64,000 nt of DNA from Eledone cirrhosa (GCA_964016885.1 OZ024759.1:13888001-13952000); one strand, 5' to 3'. Counted from the first letter of the stretch, positions 26,241 through 41,489 are shown. Notes: generated from the sequence alone by a model not told the origin. Numbers and translations are program-made.

Positions 26241-28079
26241 AAGAATTCAAAGTTTCAAAGCCATGACAATGCGAAATGGATTTGTATGTCCAGATATTCC
26301 GAGATTAAAATATAGGGACTATTCCAGTGTCAGGTGCTGTTTGCTACGTAATAGCAAACAGCACTTGACACTGGTATAGTCCTTATATTTTCTCGGAAGA
26401 AGAGATTTTAATCTTGAAATATCAGGACATATAAATAAATTAAGGTAAAACACTTCTTGTTTCATCCGACATGTTTATTTATCAGTCCATTTCGCATTGT
26501 CATGGTTTTCAAACTTTGAATTCTTTATACCATATACAATGCTTCAAGTAAACTACAAATATATATATATATATAATAGAGGGTGTGGTAAGATACCAGG
26601 TGGACCATAATGCACCAGAGTACTCAATACTTAGGTTAACAGAGTGGGTAATAGGAAAAGAGTCAGGACCCTAACGGCTGAGTTCCGGCCGTTTCGACAG
26701 CTTCATCGGAACTGAGTTCGGATCTAGCAGTCAAAACGGCCGGAGCTCAGCCTGACTCTTTTCCTATATACATATATATATATATATAATGTAACCATCT
26801 TTTGATCTTATATATATATATACAGGGTGTGGACGATATTTGTTCGCAATTTTCAACTGCTAATTTTATGCAAATTTTTTTTACTTCCGTTGTCACTCTT
26901 GTCTTCATAAAAACAGTGACTATATTTCCATTATTTATTTTCAGAATAATTGATTATGAATAATTTTGAACCTCCTAATTTGTGGAAGAGACATGGAGTT
27001 CTTCTTGGAATCCGCGCCGGGAGGAAAAATAAGGAAATTTCAGACTTTCTCAGAACAATAGGTGGCTCGCTGTCTCATCCAAAGATGTGCCCAGAGTCAT
27101 GCAGACAAAGTTTCCAGCGACAACATTGGTCTTAGGTGTTGTCAGCAGCCAAGGTGACGTCATGCCACCTCACTTCTTCCCTGAGGGCCTCAAGCTGAAC
27201 ACCGATGGCTACATCCGCGTTCTGAGCAAGGTAGTAAAGCCCTGGATCGACCAGGTAGCTGCAGGTAGGCCGTACGTGTGGCAGCAAGACTCAGCACCCT
27301 ACCATACCAGCTGAAACACCCAAGCCTGGCTGTCAGAGAAATTCATCGACCACACTTCACCTGACATCTGACCTCCCAGCTTGCCTGACTGCAACCCCCT
27401 CGACTTCTTTGTGTGGGGAGCAGTGGAACGAGACACCAACAGATCTAGCTGCAATATGAAAGACGATCTGAAGGCCAGGATCACAAGTGCCTTTAGGGGC
27501 CTAAGTCGGAGGACAGTGACAAAGGCCTGTAGCCGTTTCCGAGGCCACCTTGAGGCCGTCATCAAAGCCAATGGCGGGTTTATCGAGTGAGATCGAAAGA
27601 ACAAGTCATGAAGACAAACTGACCCAAGTTTGATAAATATATCTTAAAAAATAAAACTACTGTGTTATCTTTTCCTAGACAGTAATCTTGCGAACAAATA
27701 TCGTCCGCACCCTGTATATATATAATATATATATATATATTTATATATATAATATATCATTTCATTTTCATTTCACGTCCGCTTTTTCCCTGCTTGCTAG
27801 GGTGGGACGGGAACTGATTCTGGCTTGATTTCTACAGCTGGATGCCATTCCTAACACCAACCTCATTTACAGTGAGTGCTGGGTGCTTTTTTGGCATGGC
27901 ACCTCCACAACCACTTTACAGTGGAATGATAGGGATCCCAGCCCCTACCATCTCATTTCTACAGCTGAGTAAACTGGAGCAATGTGAAATAAAGTGTCTT
28001 GCTCAAGGAAACAATACATCACCCGGTCTGAGAATTGAACTCACAACCTTTCGATTGCAAGGCCAATGCTCACTAAGCC

Positions 28080-28162
<83 letters not shown>

Positions 28163-28715
28163 GTTGATTGTGCTTTTCTTTCATCTCTACCCAGTACAAA
28201 TGTTCTCTACCTCTGGGGTAATTTACCTAATTTCCACAATCACTATTTATAGTGATTAACTAATATTGTAATGGTTTACTTTGGGGTGCAAGCATTTAAA
28301 TGTTCCTATTGCTTCCTAAGTCAATCTGTTTATACAACATGGAACTGAAAACCAAATAGACAGACAGACAAATCAATATATAAACATGCAAAAAAAACAC
28401 CAAAAAAACTTTATTTTATTATTTTGTAGGCAAAGACCCCCACCCAACTTCTTTTTGTGTATGTGGGTATTTTTGTATGCAAACCCCACACTAAAAAACA
28501 TCAATTTCTTTTTTGTGTGTGCATGTGTGTGTGTATTTTTGTATGAACCCCCCACCCAAACCTTCATTTTCTGTGTGTACATGAACTTTTTATGCACTAG
28601 CCCCACCTCCAAAAAAAAAAATTCATTTTGTGTGTGTGTGTGTGTATGTGTAAGTGTGAATGTGTGTGTGTGTGTGTGAGTTTATTTGTATGCAAAAACT
28701 CCACAAAACCTGATG

Positions 28716-28751
<36 letters not shown>

Positions 28752-30982
28752 ATGAGTGAGTTCTTTTGTATGCAAAAGAACCACAAAACCTCATGTATGC
28801 GTATGTGTGTGTGTATGTGTGTGTGTCTATGTGTGTATATGTGTGTGTGTATGTGTGTGTATGTATGTGTGCGTATTTGTGTGTGGATGTGTGTGTATGT
28901 GTCTATGTGTGTGTGAATGTGTGCGTATTTGTGTGTATGTATGTGGGTGTATGTATGTGTATGTATGTGTGCGTATTTGTGTGTGAATGTGTGTGTGTGT
29001 GAATGTGTGTGTATGCGTCTATGTGTGTGTGTATGTGTGCGTATTTGTGTGTATGTGTGTATGTATGTGTGTGTATTTGTGTGTGTGTGCATGTGCGTGT
29101 ATGTATGTGTGTGTGCGTATTTGTGTGTGAATGTGCGCGTATGCATGTGCAAGTGCATGTGTGTGTGTATATATGTGTGTGTTTGTATGTGTGCGTATTT
29201 GTGTGTGTACGGGTGTGTATGTGTGTGTGTATGTGTGCGTATTTGTGTGTGTACGGGTGTGTATGTGTGTGTGTGTGTATGTGTGTGTGTGTGTATGTGT
29301 GCGTATTTGTGTATGTACGGGTGTGTATGTGTGTGTATGTGTGTGTGTGTGTGTGTGTGTTATTATTATTGTTGTTATTCACCTTGCGGTGTGGCAGCAG
29401 CCAGGCTACGACTACTCTGTGTGTACATTGTTACAGAGCTCATGTGGAAGTCCAGACATTCTTGGCGACATCGGTTCACTGTTTCCACCAGCTGAGATAA
29501 AGGAAAAGTAACAGAATCATATTAACAGTGGCAAAAATATACCCTCCCCAACACCAATTCCATCACCACTATTGCTATTACCATGATCATCACCACTATC
29601 ATCACCACTGCCATCACCGCTACCACCATTACCATCACCATCCTCACCACCACTGCCATCAACGCTACCACCATTACCACCACCACCACCACCACCACCA
29701 CTACCATCACCATCCTCACCACCACCACCACCGCCACTACCATCACCATCCTCACCACCACCACCACTACCATCACCACCATTACCATCCTCACCACCAC
29801 CATCATCACCCCCACCGCTACCACCAACACACCACTACCATCACCATCCTCACCACCACTGCCACCACCACCACCACCATCACCAACACCAGCACCACTA
29901 CCATCACCACCATTACCATCCTCACCACCACCACCACTATCATCACCCCCACCGCTGCCATCACCGCCACCACCAACACACCACTACCATCACCATCCTC
30001 ACCACCACTGCCACCACCACCACCACCACCACTAACCATCACCACCATTACCATCCTCACCACCACCACCACCATCATCACCCCCACCGCTGCCATTACC
30101 GCCACCACCAACACACCACTATCATCACCATCCTCACCACCACCACCACCATCATCATCACCCCCACCGCTGCCATCACCATCCTCACCACCACTGTCAG
30201 TACCACCAAAATCATCATTACCTTAAATGTATCTCTAGTTAACTTTTTACTGAGATCAAAAACTGTATCTTGTTTCATAAACCAGAAGTCCCCAACCACC
30301 GAGCCACAGACCAGAACCGACCATTTCGACAGATGAAAAAATTTCACTAAAATATTTAACCCTTTAGCATTTGCATTGGTGAATTGGCAGTATCGGTAGA
30401 GAGTTGGAAGCCATGTTTTCCAGCATAGTTACGTCCCTTTACGGACTGAGTTCCAATCCCGCCGAGGTTAACTTTGCCTTTCATCCTTACGGGGTCGATA
30501 AAATAAAGTACCAGTAATACACTGGAGTAATTGCTGGCCTTGTGCCAAATGTAGAAACAATTATTCTATATTTACTATCTTTCATGGTAAAGGCTTTACT
30601 TTACATAATTATCTCACATAATATTGAATCTATGAGATTTTGGTATTATTTATTTTGAGAACAATACCTTAAAGTTGGTATGAGAGGCCAGTTAAGGCCG
30701 GTTTGAACGGCCAGTTTAAATGCTAAAGGGTTAAATAAAATTAAATTAAAAAATTTCACTGAAAAATTTATAAAAGGGAAAATTTTACCCAATAATAAAT
30801 TATAGTTGAAAAAATGTCCTGAAAAGAAGATGTTTGTCATGTCAACTAATATTTATAAACATTAGCAAGATTAGTGTCATGAGACATGGCTGACGGCCTG
30901 CTCATACCTAGTCTGTTATTAGTATTGTTTGCTTACCAGAACACTTATTATTGCTATACTTAGGAAATAGACTGAATCAGTC

Positions 30983-31080
<98 letters not shown>

Positions 31081-31279
31081 TACACACACACAGATATATA
31101 TATATATATATATACATATATATAGTGGTAAAACACTGGAAGGTAATATCCGTAGTGGTAGAGCACTCAGTCCATGGGACGAGTTAGGTAGAGGTGGTTA
31201 CACAATTGTTCCGGTATGGTGAACTAACTGTTGTGTAACCACCTCTATACATATGTATATATATATATATATATATACG

Positions 31280-31311
<32 letters not shown>

Positions 31312-34300
31312 CACAGACACACACATAAACATATATATATATATATATATATACTTGGGTAGATTGCTCTTGAGAATTACGTGTAATGAAAACCAGTACA
31401 ACCTGACACATGGTCAGGTCATCAGCAACTATACTGGCAACCTCAGCCAACTTTCTTGCTGAGAAACATATCAGAAGGTAGAGAAACTCAGGAGACTCAA
31501 CAGCCACACAACAGTGCATTTAAAAATAAACAAGCCAAGTAGGCTGAGAGTGTAAGCCTTCATTGCCAGACTGTCTAAGACAGAGGTTCTCAAAGTGGGT
31601 GCTACCGACCCTGGGTGGGAGGCATTGAGAAGGTCCAGGGGTGCACTGGGGCCCAAGGGGGTGGTGGAGATGATATAATAGTATATTAAATATCAAATGA
31701 TACATATTATATATAAATATAGTAAAATAAAATATATAATATTTATTTATACATAGTATATACTATATTAAATATCAAATGATACATATTATATATAAAT
31801 ATAGTAAAATAAGATATATATTTATTTATACATAGTATGTACTATATTAAATATCAAATGATACATATTATATATAAATATAGTAAAATAAAATATATAA
31901 ATATAGTAAAATAAAATATATAATATTTATTTATACATAGTATATACTATATTAAATATCAAATGATACATATTATATATAAATATAGTAAAATAAAATA
32001 TATATTTATTTATACATAGTATATACTATATTAAATATCAAATGATACATATTATATATAAATATAGTAAAATAAAATATATATTTATTTATACATAGTA
32101 TATACTATATTTAATATCAAATGATACATATTATATATAAATATAGTAAAATAAGATATATATTTATTTATACATAGTATGTACTATATTAAATATCAAA
32201 TGATACATATTATATATAAATATAGTAAAATAAAATATATAATATTTATTTATACATAATATATACTATATTAAATATCAAATGATACATATATATAAAT
32301 ATAGTAAAATAAAAAATATATATTTATTTATACATAGTATATACTACATTAAATATCAAATGATACATATTATATATAAATATAGTAAAATAAAATATAT
32401 AATATTTATTTATACATAGTATATACTATATTAAATATCAAATGATACATATTATATATAAATATAGTAAAATAAAATATATAATATTTATTTATACATA
32501 ATATATACTATATTAAATATCAAATGATACATATATATAAATATAGTAAAATAAAAAAATATATATTTATTTATACATAGTATATACTATATTAAATATC
32601 AAATGATACATATTATATATAAATATAGTAAAATAAAATATATAATATTTATTTATACATAGTATATACTATATTAAATATCAAATGATACATATTATAT
32701 ATAAATAGAGTAAAATAAAATATATATTTATTTATACATAGTATGTACTATATTAAATATCAAATGATACATATTATATATAAATATAGTAAAATAAAAT
32801 ATATATTTATTTATACATAGTATATACTATATTAAATATCAAATGATACATATTATATATAAATATAGTAAAATAAAAAATATATAATATTTATTTATAC
32901 ATAGTATATACTATATTAAATATCAAATGATACATATTATATATAAATATAGTAAAATAAAATATATATTTATTTATACATAGTATATACTATATTAAAT
33001 ATCAAATGATACATATTATATATAAATATAGTAAAATAAGATATATATTTATTTATACATAGTATGTACTATATTAAATATCAAATGATACATATTATAT
33101 ATAAATATAGTAAAATAAAATATATAATATTTATTTATACATAATATATACTATATTAAATATCAAATGATACATATATATAAATATAGTAAAATAAAAA
33201 ATATATATTTATTTATACATAGTATATACTATATTAAATATCAAATGATACATATTATATATAAATATAGTAAAATAAAATATATAATATTTATTTATAC
33301 ATAGTATATACTATATTAAATATCAAATGATACATATTATATATAAATATAGTAAAATAAAATATATATTTATTTATACATAGTATATACTATATTAAAT
33401 ATCAAATGATACATATTATATATAAATAGAGTAAAATAAAATATATATTTATTTATACATAGTATGTACTATATTAAATATCAAATGATACATATTATAT
33501 ATAAATATAGTAAAATAAAATATATATTTATTTATACATAGTATATACTATATTAAATATCAAATGATACATATTATATATAAATATAGTAAAATAAAAA
33601 ATATATAATATTTATTTATACATAGTATATACTATATTAAATATCAAATGATACATATTATATATAAATATAGTAAAATAAAATATATATTTATTTATAC
33701 ATAGTATATACTATATTAAATATCAAATGATACATATTATATATAAATATAGTAAAATAAAAAATATATAATATTTAGTTATACATAATATATACTATAT
33801 TAAATATCAAATGATACATATTATATATAAATATAGTAAAATAAAAAATATATATTTATTTATACATAGTATATACTATATTAAATATCAAATGATACAT
33901 ATTATATATAAATATAGTAAAATAAAATAATGTATAATATTTATTTATACATATATTATATTATTTAATATATATAAATTAATGATTATATCTATTATAT
34001 ATTATTTACAATTTTTATGTAGGCAGGTATCTCTATTTACGTGGTTGTAAGGGGCGAAGTGGTCCAAAAAGTTTGAGAACCTCCGGTCTAAGAGAAGGAT
34101 TACTCAGATTTCAAAACTAGGTTAGGTGGTATTCCTTAGACATCTAGGCTCCATCCTTGTGATGAAGGCAGATGAGCTGCGACTCAGTAGTCAGCTTCCA
34201 AGTAATGGGCGAATGAAGATTCATATATATATCATCATCATCATCATTATTTAACGTCCATTTTTCCATTCTGGCATGGGTTAGACGAGCTGTCCAGTTG

Positions 34301-34457
34301 TGAGCCAAGCCAGAGCAGATGACCATCTCCAGTGCACACTAGACTGTTGGATTGGTTTCTACAGCTGGATGACTTTCCTAATGCCAACCACATTTACAGT
34401 GTTGACTGAGTGCTTTTTTTCACAATACCTACATGACAACTTTACAATGTTGACTGG

Positions 34458-34515
<58 letters not shown>

Positions 34516-35159
34516 GGTGAATAATATTAAATATTACCCAGTTACAAGTATAAATATAGCTCGATGTAATATATATATATATATAGTAATAATAAATGGG
34601 AAGACTAAAATCTGAAGATCCCGTAAAAGGGTGAAAGCAGAGATTCTTTGCTTAAACTTTAATCTGTACATATAATAAATAAATATATATATATATGAGC
34701 ACACACACACACATATATGTATACATAGATACCCTCATCATTTAACATCCATTTTCCTTGCTAGCAAGGGTTGAACTATATATATATATATATATATTTT
34801 GAGTATATGTTGGTTGTATACCAACACCTCAGTATGCAGATTGGAGCACTCGACGAAGTGCGCAGGTTGGTTTGTTTACTCCGGAGTAATGTAAAATAAA
34901 ATAAAATAAATAAGTCAAATGTTTAAAATTTGGCTTTGTTTATTACTGCTATATATATTTCGGTGACAGCCATCTTTGACTGTGACCTCTTCAGGCAGTC
35001 CGAATTAGTATGGTAGAGACGTGTACACATGTTGTTCGGGTGTATAACTTTGTCAATACTCTCATATGCCTAGTTCCTGGTTGGGTTGTTATTTCACTGA
35101 GGAACTGGAATCATATCAGAGATATGAAGCCAAATTTCAAACATTTGACTTCTTTATTT

Positions 35160-35209
<50 letters not shown>

Positions 35210-35410
35210 TGATATTAAATAAATGGAAACTATATTTATAAAACCATATTTATTCTATTATATATAATAGAATAAATATGGTTTTATAAATATAGTTTCC
35301 ATTTATTTAATATCATTGAATATTATACTCCAGAAAACTGTTGAGTGCTCTAAATCAGTTATAAACATTTATATTTGTTGAATTACCAACAAATTGAATA
35401 TCTCTTTGCT

Positions 35411-35441
<31 letters not shown>

Positions 35442-38400
35442 ACACACACACACAAAGACATTGAAAGAAAGAAAATATAGAGTGCCATCTATTAGCACTT
35501 GAAACTGAGTTGTAAAAGTTGAACATAATATGCAACATATTCAGAGCAAGCATGGACAAGCATGAATAAATAATAAAACAAAGAACTATATATAGTAATA
35601 AAATATAATTGGCATATAAATACACAACATAATAGTAATAATAATGGGTGGTTTTCAACAAGAAAGAAAGACCATGCTTGATTGTAGATGTAGCTTACCC
35701 TTTGATACAAGAGTACAGGAAAAGGAGAAGGAAAAAATTAACTGGTACCAGGACCTGAAGTGGGAACTGAAAAGGATTTGGAACTGCCATGAGATCAAGG
35801 TTATCTCCATTGTCATGGGAACACTGGGTACTATCTTGAAGAGTTTCCAAGGCTGACTAAAGACCATCAGTCCATCCCCCCTGTTTTGGAACACTTCAAA
35901 AGACCTACTTGGAACGGCAAGGACCCTCTCATACGTCCTGAATATCTGAGCCTGCAGATAACGACTTGATATTCATTAGGGCAATTATTCCGGTTGAATA
36001 ACATCAATGACTGAGACATCAAGTAATAATATTAATAATTGTTTCTACTTTAGGCACAAGGCCAGCAATTACCCAGTGCATTACTGGTACTTTATTTTAT
36101 CAACCCCGTAAGGATGAAAGGCAAAGTCAACCTCGGCAGGATTTGAACTCAGATCATAAAGGGACGTAACTATGCTGGAAAGCATGGCGTCCGACCCTCT
36201 ACCGATACTGCCAATCCACCGCCCTAATAATATTAATAATGGTTTCTTATATGGGCACCAGGCCAGCAATTTTTTTTTTTTTGTGGGGGGTGGTCGATTA
36301 AATCGACCCCAGTGCATTACTGGAACTTTATTTTATTGACCCCGTGAGGATGAAAGGCAAAGTTAACCTTGGCGGGATTTGAACTCAGAACGTAAAGGGG
36401 CGTAACTCTATGCTGCAAAGCATGGCATCCGACCTTCCATCAGTACTGCCAATCCCTCTTGTAAAACAATAATAATAAATTATGATTTACAAAAGAAACA
36501 AATCAGAGAGAAAACAAAAAAACAGAGAATGCATGCACAATCAATTACACATTACAACAGGGAATGTTGGTGCTGCCCCCTATAAATATTTGTGGTGATC
36601 CAAGACATGACATTGGCTTATGTGATAGTGGGTCTCTCAATTACTACAACAGGGAATGTTGGTGCTGCCCCCTATAAATATTTGTGGTGATCCAAGACAT
36701 GGCATTGACTCATGTGATAGTGGGTCTCTCAATTACTAAAACAGGGAATGTTGGTGCTGCCCCCTAAAAATATTTGTGGTGATCCAAGACATGGCATTGA
36801 CTCATGTGATAGTGGGTCTCTCAATTACTACAACAGGGAATGTTGGTGCTGCCCCCTATAAATATTTGTGGTGATCCAAGACTTGGCATTGACTCATGTG
36901 ATAGTGGGTCTCTCAATTACTAAAACAGGGAATGTTGGTGCTGCCCCCTAAAAATATTTGTGGTGATCCAAGACTTGGCATTGACTCATGTGATAGTGGG
37001 TCTCCCAATTACTAAAACAAGGAATGTTGGTGCTGCCCCCTAAAAATATTTGTGGTGATCCAAGACATGGCATTGACTCATGTGATAGTGGGTCTCCCAA
37101 TTACTAAAACAGGGAATGTTGGTGTAGAATATTTGAGATGAGCCAAAACACTCACGACATTACCTCAAGTCAGTGGGTCCCTCAGTTATACACTTCAACA
37201 AGGAATGTTGATGTTGACCCCTGAAAAAATATTTGAGGCAAGCCAAGACATTCATGGTATTACCATGGGTGATAGCAGAGCTGAGGCCCTGAAATAGCCA
37301 AGTACTCTCATGAAGAGTATCCCCTTATATGTCAATAAGCCCTGGTGATAGCAAGGCTAAGATGCTGGAACAGCCAAGCACCCCCACCTAGAGCATCACT
37401 TGATATGTCAGTAAGACTCGGTGATAGAGAGGCTAAGGTGCTGGAATAGCCAAGCATCGTCACCTAGAGCATCACTTGATATGTCAGTAAGACCCGATGA
37501 TAGAGAGGCTAAGGTGCTGGAATAGCCAAGCACCCTCACCTAGAGCATCACTTGATATGTCAGTAAGACTCGGTGATAGAGAGGCTAAGGTGCTGGAATA
37601 GCCAAGCATTGTCACCTAGAGCATCACTTGATATGTCAGTAAGACCCGATGATAGAGAGGCTAAGGTGCTGGAATAGCCAAGCACCCTCACCTAGAGCAT
37701 CACTTGATATGTCAGTAAGACTCGGTGATAGAGAGGCTAAGGTGCTGGAATAGCCAAGCATCGTCACCTAGAGCATCACTTGATATGTCAGTAAGACCCG
37801 ATGATAGAGAGGCTAAGGTGCTGGAATAGCCAAGCACCCTCACCTAGAGCATCACTTGATATGTCAGTAAGACTCGGTGATAGAGAGGCAAAAGTGCTGG
37901 AATAGCCAAGCATCCTCACCTAGAGCATCACTTGATATGTCAGTAAGACTCGGTGATAGAGAGGCAAAAGTGCTGGAATAGCCAAGCACCCTCATCAAGA
38001 GCATCATCTTATATTGAGTAAGGTGAGCTGCTAATAATGATAAACACCTTGTTGTCAGTCATGCAGCTCCCCTGAATGTCTTAAATGCCAGTCTGGCAAA
38101 ATGCATATTTAGCAATAAATTACAGTATTAGTTCTGATTAATGACCAAAATAACTTCAATTAACCCTAAATAATTACACTAATTAACCCTTTAGCATTTA
38201 AACCGGCTGTATCTGGCCAGAATTCTCTCACCTCTTTCTGTTCAAACTGGCTGTAACTAGTCACTCATACTGATGTTAAGGTATTGTACTCAAAATAAAT
38301 AACATCAACATTTTGTAGATTCAATATTATGTAAGATAATTATGTAAGATAAAACCTTTACCACAGAAATACAATAGTAAATATAGAATCCATGCTAGCG

Positions 38401-39354
38401 TCAAAGATAGACGTTAAACAATGATGATAAGAGTAATGTAAATGTTAAAGGGTTAAATTGAACATATTTTAAAGTTTAACTGCTTTGACACCAACCTGGC
38501 CAAAACTGGCACTGGTGCGATGAAACAAAGCCACCAATTTTAAATTAAAATCTTCCAACATAATTTTACATAAGAATCGCGTGTTAGTAATGAAATAATA
38601 ATTTTAGTAAATCCCTCAAAATTCTTCATTGGTTAATTAGAAATATGGTCACTAAATGTTTAAAGGGTTCCTATTTAAATTAATCTTTAGCATGCTAGAA
38701 ATGTTTATGAATTGCTTCCCTTGACACTGGATTATGTATTAAGAGGAGATTACTCTATGGGTACCTAATGTTGCCTAGAGCATGCTAAAGGTTAAAATCT
38801 TCAAACAATTTTATATAAGAAGCATTTCTAAAGTTGCTATCTTAGTAATGAAATAATAATTTTAGTAAATCCCTTCAACAATTAATTGAAATATGGTCTC
38901 AAAAGGGTTAATATAAAGGGTTAATATAGAGTTTTTGTAAGGAAGGGGGGGGGGGGAATAAATCCATTAAAATTTTTATCAAGGATTTCAATTGTTTCAT
39001 TATTACAATATACATTTTGTTTTTCATATTATTATTTTTTTCATATATGTTGCCTAAATCTACAAATTCAGAATTTTGCACATGCAAATATATGTCTTAG
39101 TGTATGTCTATATGTGTTTGTGCATGTATATATGTATGTAAAATGTATACATATAGCTATGTGCATGTGTGTATAAAAATATAATTTATACACGATACAA
39201 AAAGAGAAAACAAAATTTGAAAATATATAAATTAATAAAATACAAAATACAAAAGACTATAAATAAATGCAGCAAGCAGGACGATGCTCTCAATTTCCTC
39301 ATGAAACCTCTCTGTCTCTATCACTCTCTCTCTCTCTCTCTCTTTCTCTCACTC

Positions 39355-39390
<36 letters not shown>

Positions 39391-39700
39391 TTTATGCACA
39401 AGGTACCATGATGACAGGTTTAGAAAAGTTTAACTATGATGAAACAAGCTGCAAGCAGCAAAATGGAGAAACGTAGAGCTATTTAGCAAGGATTGCAACT
39501 CTTTGTAATATTAAGTGCACCTGCAGTTGTTTCCCCTGGTATGGCTCTACACACCAATTGGTCAACTGCTTCAGTGTAGAGACCAGTGGAGACAGCTATG
39601 GCCACGATCCAGGCTTGTTGTTGACTTTCTAATGATATTGGCAACTGAAAAATTACAACAGGTGGCAATCTTTCATAAAGTAGTAGAGGGTGTGTATGTA

Positions 39701-39732
<32 letters not shown>

Positions 39733-41328
39733 ATAAATAAGAGAGATGGTATTATTTGTACATCTTCATTTTATTACATAATTATGTAATAAAATGGAGA
39801 TATACGAAAAAAAACTGTCTCTCTTATTTATTATATTGAAACTCCGGTTGATACCTTACCGAGAAAATCCTAAGAAATACAAATCGTTGAGTGCTATACG
39901 TCTGTTTACGAAAAAGTCATAATATTATCAACCACCTTTCATCAACTGAATATATATCTATATATATAACTGAGGGAGTCTCTTGAAAAGCTCAAAGCCT
40001 CATGGATAATACTAGGGTTAGACATATCCACAAAGTATTGGCGAAACTATTGATAGTCGGAACTAGAAGAATTTTGGTAAAGTTTATCGAGATTTTTTTC
40101 TTCAAACTTACATTTTAGACTTAGCTCCGTTTAATTGATTATTTGTCTAGTTAATTTCTACGGACTAAGAGGAAAGACTAGGTAAATTTTATCTGACTGT
40201 TCCTCACGGAGGAAAGTCTGTGACATTTATCTGTTATTTCTTCAAAGTTACATTTTAAACTTAGCTCTGTTTAAATGATTATTTATCTAGTTGATTTCTA
40301 CGGACTAAGGAGGAAAAGAATTGGATATATTTTGTCTGACTGTTCTTCAAACTTATAATTTTATATATATATGGGTGGCAAATTGTCAGAGATGTTAGAA
40401 CGCTGGATAGAATACTTTGTGGTATTCGTTCTGACTCTGCTCTCTAAGTTCAAATCCCATTGAGGTCATCTTTGCTGATAGAAAGAAGTACCACTCTAAT
40501 TTTGTGGTCGACTCTTCTAGATCTCTTTCTCACTTCCTTTCTCTCATCTCCTTCTCTGGAAGAAATCTGTTGTGTTCAGCCTGGGAGACGAGTTGGGCTT
40601 CGCCAGGTTTAATGAAGTCCAAGAAACACCATATGTCAATATGGTGCCCCTACGACTCCACAAGGACTTACTGGTCCATACATTATATGTATAATGTAAC
40701 TGTATTTCCTAATAAATATCCCAAATCTAAAGTTAGTAGAGCACTCAATTTCAGGGGTGAGTTGTGTTCAGAGCCTGCAATTTTACTATAAGTTTAAATG
40801 ATATAGAAGGGAATATATACCAATTATATTTCTCAATTGATATTATCAATATATATTCACATATATAATGGCTTCTACAGGACTAGAACTGTTTCATTTG
40901 AGAGAAATCATCAGGAAGCCCAAGGCTTAAATATTTATACGCTGCTATATATTGAGTACCTTACTTACTGTGGTTACCCCCGATTGATCCTGGGATAAAC
41001 TTATATATATATATATATATATAAATGAAAGTATAGAAATTATTGTGAGCGTGTAGCCAACAATATTTCATAATATATAAGTGACTATAAGGTGTGTATA
41101 TATATATATATATATAGTTGTTGATTTCATTGTTTACTTTTTATCTACCTTTTATGAAAGATCACCCAACATGATTTTATGTCTACCAAAAGGTTTGGAA
41201 GATGGTCACTGGACAAAACGACAGAATCAACAACTTGGGACAAAAAAAAATTATCATATCCTTGCACGCACACACATATATATATATATATATACACACA
41301 CAAACATACATACATGTGTGTGTGTATG

Positions 41329-41370
<42 letters not shown>

Positions 41371-41413
41371 TGTGTGTGTGTATGTATATATACATACACG
41401 CATATATATGTGC

Positions 41414-41489
<76 letters not shown>

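Noticed and set aside
30222-30347. ORF ending AAG|gtaatg as another alternative exon
   Set aside because: No good acceptor, the ORF frame ends in phase 0 rather than 1, and the upstream part resembles a hAT terminus.
36552-38000. Tandem arrays as CRISPR-like loci (also 63145-64000)
   Set aside because: Units are contiguous with no unique spacers, there are no cas genes, and the context is a eukaryotic intron.
40504-40791. 95-aa ORF as a nested gene
   Set aside because: No recognisable motif or exon structure; it lies among repeat fragments.
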